Source: a virus (taxonomy: Duplodnaviria > Caudoviricetes). From it: a DNA stretch of 49,631 nucleotides. Under the pieces are notes generated by a model. That model made no database searches, was not told the origin of the DNA, and was given only the letters and a program-made list of their open reading frames with translations. The DNA is taken from positions 1 through 49,631 of the IMG/VR virus record IMGVR_UViG_3300023095_000002. One strand, written 5' to 3'. Shown here in pieces: positions 45,249 through 49,631 of the stretch. Every line of letters starts with the position of its first letter. The stretch's first letter is position 1. A program made the translations under genes and the position numbers.

Positions 45249-45550
45249 TCGATTTCCTTTTAGGCGCCGTGCCGTCGTGGGTATGGATCGCGCTTGGGTT
45301 CATGATCATTGCGGTGATCGTCGGTGTTCTCAAGGGTGATGGCTGGAAGTGGGCATTCGCTGTGGCTGGCGCTGCTGCCTTGGCGTTCTTTCAAAGCCGT
45401 GCGCATCAACGCGGCGCGGCGGCCGAGCGCATCAAGCAAGCGAACGCCGACACCAAGGCGCGCGAAACTATCTCCGAGAACCGTGCCGAAAACCTCGCCA
45501 AATCCGATGATGAACTTGATCGGGAAATAGAAAGATGGACACGCCCATGA
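45245..45550 (+). CDS. Inner-membrane spanin-like protein
   Basis: N-terminal TM helices plus coiled coil, follows endolysin. Confidence 0.65.
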   Translation: MIDFLLGAVPSWVWIALGFMIIAVIVGVLKGDGWKWAFAVAGAAALAFFQSRAHQRGAAAERIKQANADTKARETISENRAENLAKSDDELDREIERWTRP

Positions 45551-45747
45551 TCAAACTTCTCGCCGTCGCCGCTATCCTCTTGACGCTGGCTGGATGCCAG
45601 ACCACCACTGTCACCGGGTCGCTTTGTACAGTTGGCCCGATTGTGTTGGACGCGAACGCCACGATCCGGCTGACCCGTCCTGAAAAGCAACAGATCGCCA
45701 CGCTCAACATGAGCGGCGAACAACTCTGCGGATGGGAAGCGCCATGA
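45547..45747 (+). CDS. Outer-membrane spanin-like lipoprotein
   Basis: Lipobox LAGC, extra Cys, ATGA overlap with i-spanin. Confidence 0.7.
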   Translation: MIKLLAVAAILLTLAGCQTTTVTGSLCTVGPIVLDANATIRLTRPEKQQIATLNMSGEQLCGWEAP

Positions 45748-46058
45748 ATACACACAACGCGGTCGAGAAGATCGCAAACACGATGGCCGAGATCGAGCGC
45801 CGCAATGCGCTCAACGCTCGGGACGCTCGCAATCTGCGGGACGAGTTCAAGGCAATCTCCGAAAACGGCGACGCGCCTCCCCTGCTGACCAGCGCGCTCT
45901 ATGCTCGCTTGGTTGCGCTGACTGCTACGGCCGGCGCCGACGTGCTGGAACTGCATCACCAGATGACCGAGCATGCCAAGGTTCTGAACATCGACGTTCC
46001 GCCTGCGCAGGAAACGCAGGAAGGCGAGATCGGCATCTTGGGTGGCGGCGGAAGATGA
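45744..46058 (+). CDS. Small helical protein ending in GILGGGGR
   Basis: 104 aa, ATGA-coupled on both sides. Confidence 0.75.
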   Translation: MNTHNAVEKIANTMAEIERRNALNARDARNLRDEFKAISENGDAPPLLTSALYARLVALTATAGADVLELHHQMTEHAKVLNIDVPPAQETQEGEIGILGGGGR

Positions 46059-46543
46059 GCCTCATCGACAAGGCTTTCATCGTCCTCTTAGTGGCGGCTG
46101 TGGGTCTTAACTCTCACAATAGGCGCGGGCTGTTATGGCTCGCGCTTTTGGCATTTAACTATGCCGTTTCCACTGTGCTACATCGCGCCCATGTTTGGCA
46201 TCCCGAGTTCTGGGTTGCCCTTCTCGACTTCTCGGTGTGTCTGTCGATTTTCCTCTGGGCTCGGCAGCGTTGGGAAATGTGGGTGTGGATGCTGTTTCAA
46301 ACCTCAATGCTGGTCGGCATCCTCTATTTTGTGAACAACAATTGGGCGCTGGGGTTTATATCCCACGACGCATACTCAACGGTTCTCGAGGCAATCATGG
46401 CGGCGGCACTGCTGACAATCAGCGGCGTTGGTGCCTGGCAGAAGGCCGGTCGATTTGATGCTGTGGCTTTCAATCCTCGTGTTTCTATTTTTGGCCCTGT
46501 GCTTCCTCTACACGGAAAAGCAGCGGCGTATCGCAGCCGATAG
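46055..46543 (+). CDS. Multi-pass (about 5 TM) membrane protein
   Basis: Hydrophobic segments with embedded Asp, Gln and Glu. Confidence 0.78.
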   Translation: MSLIDKAFIVLLVAAVGLNSHNRRGLLWLALLAFNYAVSTVLHRAHVWHPEFWVALLDFSVCLSIFLWARQRWEMWVWMLFQTSMLVGILYFVNNNWALGFISHDAYSTVLEAIMAAALLTISGVGAWQKAGRFDAVAFNPRVSIFGPVLPLHGKAAAYRSR

Positions 46544-46557
46544 GCAGGCCAGTCAAC

Positions 46558-46851
46558 GTGGATTGGATTCTCGCAAGCGTCGGTAAAGGGTTCGAGCAGT
46601 TGTTTGCGCAGGGGCCAGTCGGGCTCCTGTGCTTTTTTCTTTTGATCGGCATGGTGGGCGTTTGCTTGGTTGTTCGCGTTCTGTGGAATGAGTTGAAGCT
46701 TGAGCGCGCTGCACATTCGGCAACTAAGGATCTTCGGGCGTTGGACTTGACGTCATCGCTCAACGTGGTGAACGAAATACGGACGGTGTTCGAGGCATTT
46801 GAGCAGCGTGTGATAAGCAGAGACGACGATCGCCGCGGCGGGCGGAGATAA
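46558..46851 (+). CDS. Putative holin
   Basis: QGPVGLLCFFLLIGMVGVCLVV TM plus coiled coil and charged C-terminus. Confidence 0.5.
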   Translation: MDWILASVGKGFEQLFAQGPVGLLCFFLLIGMVGVCLVVRVLWNELKLERAAHSATKDLRALDLTSSLNVVNEIRTVFEAFEQRVISRDDDRRGGRR

Positions 46852-46854
46852 CAG

Positions 46855-47040
46855 GTGTTTGGCAAGATGTTTCAAGCTATGGCTTTTTGGCGGCACCCTT
46901 CGCAGGACGATGCGATTGATGCTAAGAACGAAGCATTGGCAAGTGAACTTCACACCCAATTAAGAGAACTGCGCAAATCAGGGCACGAGCTGCGCAACAC
47001 GCTATCCCAAGCGGTTGTTAATGATTTGCGGAGAAAGTGA
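46855..47040 (+). CDS. Small coiled-coil protein in lysis cassette
   Basis: GGAG RBS, 61 aa. Confidence 0.6.
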   Translation: MFGKMFQAMAFWRHPSQDDAIDAKNEALASELHTQLRELRKSGHELRNTLSQAVVNDLRRK

Positions 47041-47044
47041 CGTG

Positions 47045-47545
47045 ATGAAAGTCGGGGCCAGCCTAGCAGCGTTCTTTCGCAATGCCGCTTTCCATATCGG
47101 CTTCATCTGGATTCTATTGTTTTGGGCTGCGGTCTGGGCCTTCGGCGGCGGTGTAATCAAGACGTCCACCGACTGGGCATGCCTTGCTGCTGCGACCATG
47201 CTGTCGCTCAAGTGGGCGCCGAACTCCTTCGAAGGCTTCATGGCGCAACTGAGCGAAGGCCGACACCGGCTGGCAATGGGCCTCAACCTTGTGTTCATCG
47301 GCATCGGACTCCAGTGCCTCTATGTCCTGTGGCTGGGCGATCAGGGCTTAACCAGCATCCGACTCGACAACACGATCTCTGGTTTCATCCGCGCAATCAT
47401 TCTGGGCGGCATGCTGCTCTGCCTGTCGGCCGAAGCCGACGTCAAAGAGTTCGTCACGCGCCGCCGCTGGTACTATCAGGTTGGGCTTGTCGCCTGCGGC
47501 ATCTTCATCGGTGTGGCGATAAACCGGCTGTTCGGTTTCAGCTAG
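47045..47545 (+). CDS. Multi-pass (about 5 TM) membrane protein
   Basis: GGAG RBS; five hydrophobic segments. Confidence 0.75.
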   Translation: MKVGASLAAFFRNAAFHIGFIWILLFWAAVWAFGGGVIKTSTDWACLAAATMLSLKWAPNSFEGFMAQLSEGRHRLAMGLNLVFIGIGLQCLYVLWLGDQGLTSIRLDNTISGFIRAIILGGMLLCLSAEADVKEFVTRRRWYYQVGLVACGIFIGVAINRLFGFS

Positions 47546-47591
47546 CCAACTTAGAACCATAAGCGCTTCGGCGAGTTTGAATGCGTCCATA

Positions 47592-47630
47592 AGAAAATGC
47601 CCCGATTGTTGGTCGGGGCATTTTGCATTT
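47592..47630. terminator. Bidirectional terminator between convergent late and early operons
   Basis: aaaatgccccga...tcggggcatttt with A/T tracts on both sides. Confidence 0.85.
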
Positions 47631-47647
47631 CAGAGATTGAGGAACGG

Positions 47648-47863
47648 TTAAAGCAACAGGTCAGCCGCGCGACGCGCCTCAATTGCCTGCTCGCGAGCCT
47701 CTCGCTTTTCCATAGCCTCGGCCATGCGCTCGAACGACGTGGCCAGACGGTCTATCAAATCCAGCGCGTCGATGTCGAGCGTGTTGTCTTCCAGCACTTC
47801 TCGGGCATGACGCACCTTCTGGCGCTTCTCGCGGGCTGCTTCGTATTCGGCTTTACTTCCCAT
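47648..47863 (-). CDS. Hypothetical helical protein
   Basis: ATG 47863 after AGGAG RBS. Confidence 0.7.
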   Translation of the reverse strand: MGSKAEYEAAREKRQKVRHAREVLEDNTLDIDALDLIDRLATSFERMAEAMEKREAREQAIEARRAADLLL

Positions 47864-48329
47864 TGTTGTTCTCCTGCAAGCCATCAATGACGGCGGCAAA
47901 TGCGTCGGCGGCCCGCTGGCGATCATTGCGCCGAGCTTCGACAATGGATCGAGCCTCGGCATGCGCCTCGTTCAACTGCCGCAACTGCTGCTGATATTGC
48001 TCTTCGAGGTACGTCAGCTCGCCTTCGTCTTCGCGAACCAGCGTCTGCAGCATGTCGCGCTTGCTGATCAGCTCGCGGGCGGCGTCGGTTGTGGCTGTCC
48101 GATAGACGAACGGCGCGGGCGGCGCGTCTGTCCGAACTTGGTCGATGATGGCGGAATCGATTTCTGCCAACTCACTCCAAGAATACACGGTCCCGGTAAT
48201 GGCGCTTTCCTCTACGCCGTGAACCCCCGTCTTGCCCAGCCCCTTTGTGGCCTCGGCAAAGTTGTCGGCAATGTCTTGGTCGGTCCAAGGGCCATCGGTG
48301 GCGGGTGCGTGTTCTTGTGTTTTGGTCAT
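47853..48329 (-). CDS. Hypothetical coiled-coil protein
   Basis: ATG 48329 after AAGGAG, ATGA overlap with HNH gene. Confidence 0.75.
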   Translation of the reverse strand: MTKTQEHAPATDGPWTDQDIADNFAEATKGLGKTGVHGVEESAITGTVYSWSELAEIDSAIIDQVRTDAPPAPFVYRTATTDAARELISKRDMLQTLVREDEGELTYLEEQYQQQLRQLNEAHAEARSIVEARRNDRQRAADAFAAVIDGLQENNNGK

Positions 48330-48682
48330 GTCGTCTTGCTCCTTTGTTGAAACGGGCGGCTCGCCCACGGTGTCTTGCGTGAGCGAATAGGGTGCTTCGT
48401 CTTGCGGCGCGTCTCTGGATCGGCGGCGCGCTGCAGGCGGTTGGATTTGGCGATCATCGCCACGTCCAGTTTTGATTTGGCCTTGTGGCAATCCTTGTGT
48501 GCCGGCGCCAGGTTGTCGTCGTCATCAGATCCGCCCAGCTCACGGCTGACTTGGTGGTCGATATCGTACAGCTCGGCCGCGCCGATCTTGCATTTGCATA
48601 GCCAGCACACGCCATCATGAGCGACAAAGATGCGGGCTCGCTTGGCCTTGGTCATGGATGGTCGCTTGGCGGCGTAGCTCAT
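48326..48682 (-). CDS. HNH endonuclease
   Basis: CWLC...IDH......GG.DDD.NL.PAH..CH..K. Confidence 0.9.
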   Translation of the reverse strand: MSYAAKRPSMTKAKRARIFVAHDGVCWLCKCKIGAAELYDIDHQVSRELGGSDDDDNLAPAHKDCHKAKSKLDVAMIAKSNRLQRAADPETRRKTKHPIRSRKTPWASRPFQQRSKTT

Positions 48683-48930
48683 TTCTCGAGGCTGTCGAAA
48701 CGTGGATCAATAAACCTTTGAACCGGCAAAGGAGTTGATTTCAGCATCGCTGCCCATGCGTCGCCTCTTGGCGTAGATCGAAGTATGCCCTGCTCGTCTG
48801 CGGCAAGCAGATCATATTTCATCAGCCGACTTAAAGCAGGCATGTATGCAGGCGCGTCGTCGCGATCAAATGGCGTCGGCGAACAGGCGTGATGGATAAA
48901 GATTTCCAAGTCGTAAAAAGTCCACATCAT
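48679..48930 (-). CDS. Hypothetical (winged-helix-like) protein
   Basis: TPRGDAW..ML..TPLP; ATGA overlaps. Confidence 0.65.
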   Translation of the reverse strand: MMWTFYDLEIFIHHACSPTPFDRDDAPAYMPALSRLMKYDLLAADEQGILRSTPRGDAWAAMLKSTPLPVQRFIDPRFDSLEK

Positions 48931-49373
48931 GGCTTCATTGCCTCCTGCTGATCTTTCCAAGTCTGGAACGGATCGAAGCCCAGCCGCCCAACGCAGAACG
49001 CCGCTGCCTTCTCGAGTAGGATCAGAAACTCGGCATCATCCATTTCGGCTTCGCTGGTGCTGACTGGCACCATGTCGTAGGCGCCATCAACGCGGAACCT
49101 GGGGCGCACGAAACCCAAACCCATCAGGATAAACTCATGCGCTTTGCGGGGCGTGTCGAACATGGCGTTGTCGCTGTTGTCGGCGAGCAGGGCCATCGCG
49201 GCCCACCATAGCCCGCGCAGCCCCTCGCGTTCCTCCCGGCCGGCGCGGGTGACTTTCGCCATTCGCATATTGTACCGACCGTTTGGCAGGTTCGCCAATT
49301 GCTCGGCGGCATAGGCATCGGCGGCCGACACGCGACCGCCCTGCACTTCCACAAAGATCGGCGGGCGGGTCAT
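48927..49373 (-). CDS. DUF1367/NinB-like recombination-associated protein
   Basis: Follows RecT-like gene; P.STS..EMD..EF motif. Confidence 0.55.
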   Translation of the reverse strand: MTRPPIFVEVQGGRVSAADAYAAEQLANLPNGRYNMRMAKVTRAGREEREGLRGLWWAAMALLADNSDNAMFDTPRKAHEFILMGLGFVRPRFRVDGAYDMVPVSTSEAEMDDAEFLILLEKAAAFCVGRLGFDPFQTWKDQQEAMKP

Positions 49374-49631
49374 TCGTCATCGCCCCCTTGGTCTGGATTC
49401 ATGGCATCCTGCGCGTCGTCGCGCTGCTGATCTGGGTCTGGCTCGGCTTCGCCATCGAACACGGCCAGGCGCCGGTTACGCACTTCATAGACTTCATCAA
49501 GCAGATCGGGGTGTTCGAGCAGGGATTGATCGACAGCGCTGCCCTCCCAGAATGCGATCAACGATTCCTCGTCGGGCGCTGCTGCCACGCCAGCAATGAC
49601 AGTGCCGACGAAAGCTTCGGGGTCAAATTCT
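49370..49631 (-). CDS. RecT-like recombinase, C-terminal part (joined to 17..858)
   Basis: Frame continues through terminal repeat ...AAAPDEESLIAFWEGSAVDQSLLEHPDLLDEV. Confidence 0.75.
   Translation of the reverse strand, partial: EFDPEAFVGTVIAGVAAAPDEESLIAFWEGSAVDQSLLEHPDLLDEVYEVRNRRLAVFDGEAEPDPDQQRDDAQDAMNPDQGGDDE
49506..49631 (+). repeat. 126-bp direct repeat, right copy
   Basis: Identical to 17-142. Confidence 0.95.

Larger units (their letters stand above)
17..49631. mobile_element. Complete circularly permuted podovirus-type phage genome (about 49,489 bp unit), probable alphaproteobacterial host
   Basis: Terminal 126-bp identity; full set of packaging, head, tail, ejection, lysis, replication and recombination genes; no host housekeeping genes. 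Confidence 0.93.

Noticed and set aside
49506-49631. Terminal repeat as biological DTR or attL/attR
   Set aside because: It lies mid-gene in the RecT-like CDS, its length is typical of assembler k-mer overlap, and no integrase is present
1-49631. CRISPR array, tRNA or rRNA genes
   Set aside because: No regularly spaced repeats or canonical cloverleaf/T-loop found by eye; a tRNAscan/Infernal run would be decisive

Overview
The window is a complete, circularly permuted phage genome of about 49.5 kb. Bases 17-142 repeat exactly at 49506-49631, and a RecT-like gene reads across the join. The host is probably an alphaproteobacterium (Rhizobiales-like), based on the Ros/MucR gene, a GapR-like gene and high GC. 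The virion module is podovirus-type (BPP-1/T7-like): TerL, portal, scaffold, capsid, decoration protein, tail tubular A and B, GNAT-like protein and several ejection proteins. Replication is lambdoid (DUF1376 initiator plus putative loader). There is a leftward early/recombination operon and a GH19 lysis cassette. I see no integrase, CI-type repressor, polymerase, tRNA or CRISPR array. The most striking observation is that both large spike/fibre proteins (16772, 19050) begin with a paralog of the 91-aa protein encoded right after the major capsid gene, suggesting capsid-anchored depolymerase or adhesin fibres. Other candidates for undescribed systems are a pair of secreted proteins (Gly-rich plus Cys-containing) in the early operon, a helical-protein/5-TM pair in the lysis cassette, a ParB/ART/zincin polyvalent ejection protein, a triple-repeat operator and several structured intergenic RNAs. 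All family assignments come from motif recognition by eye, not database searches.
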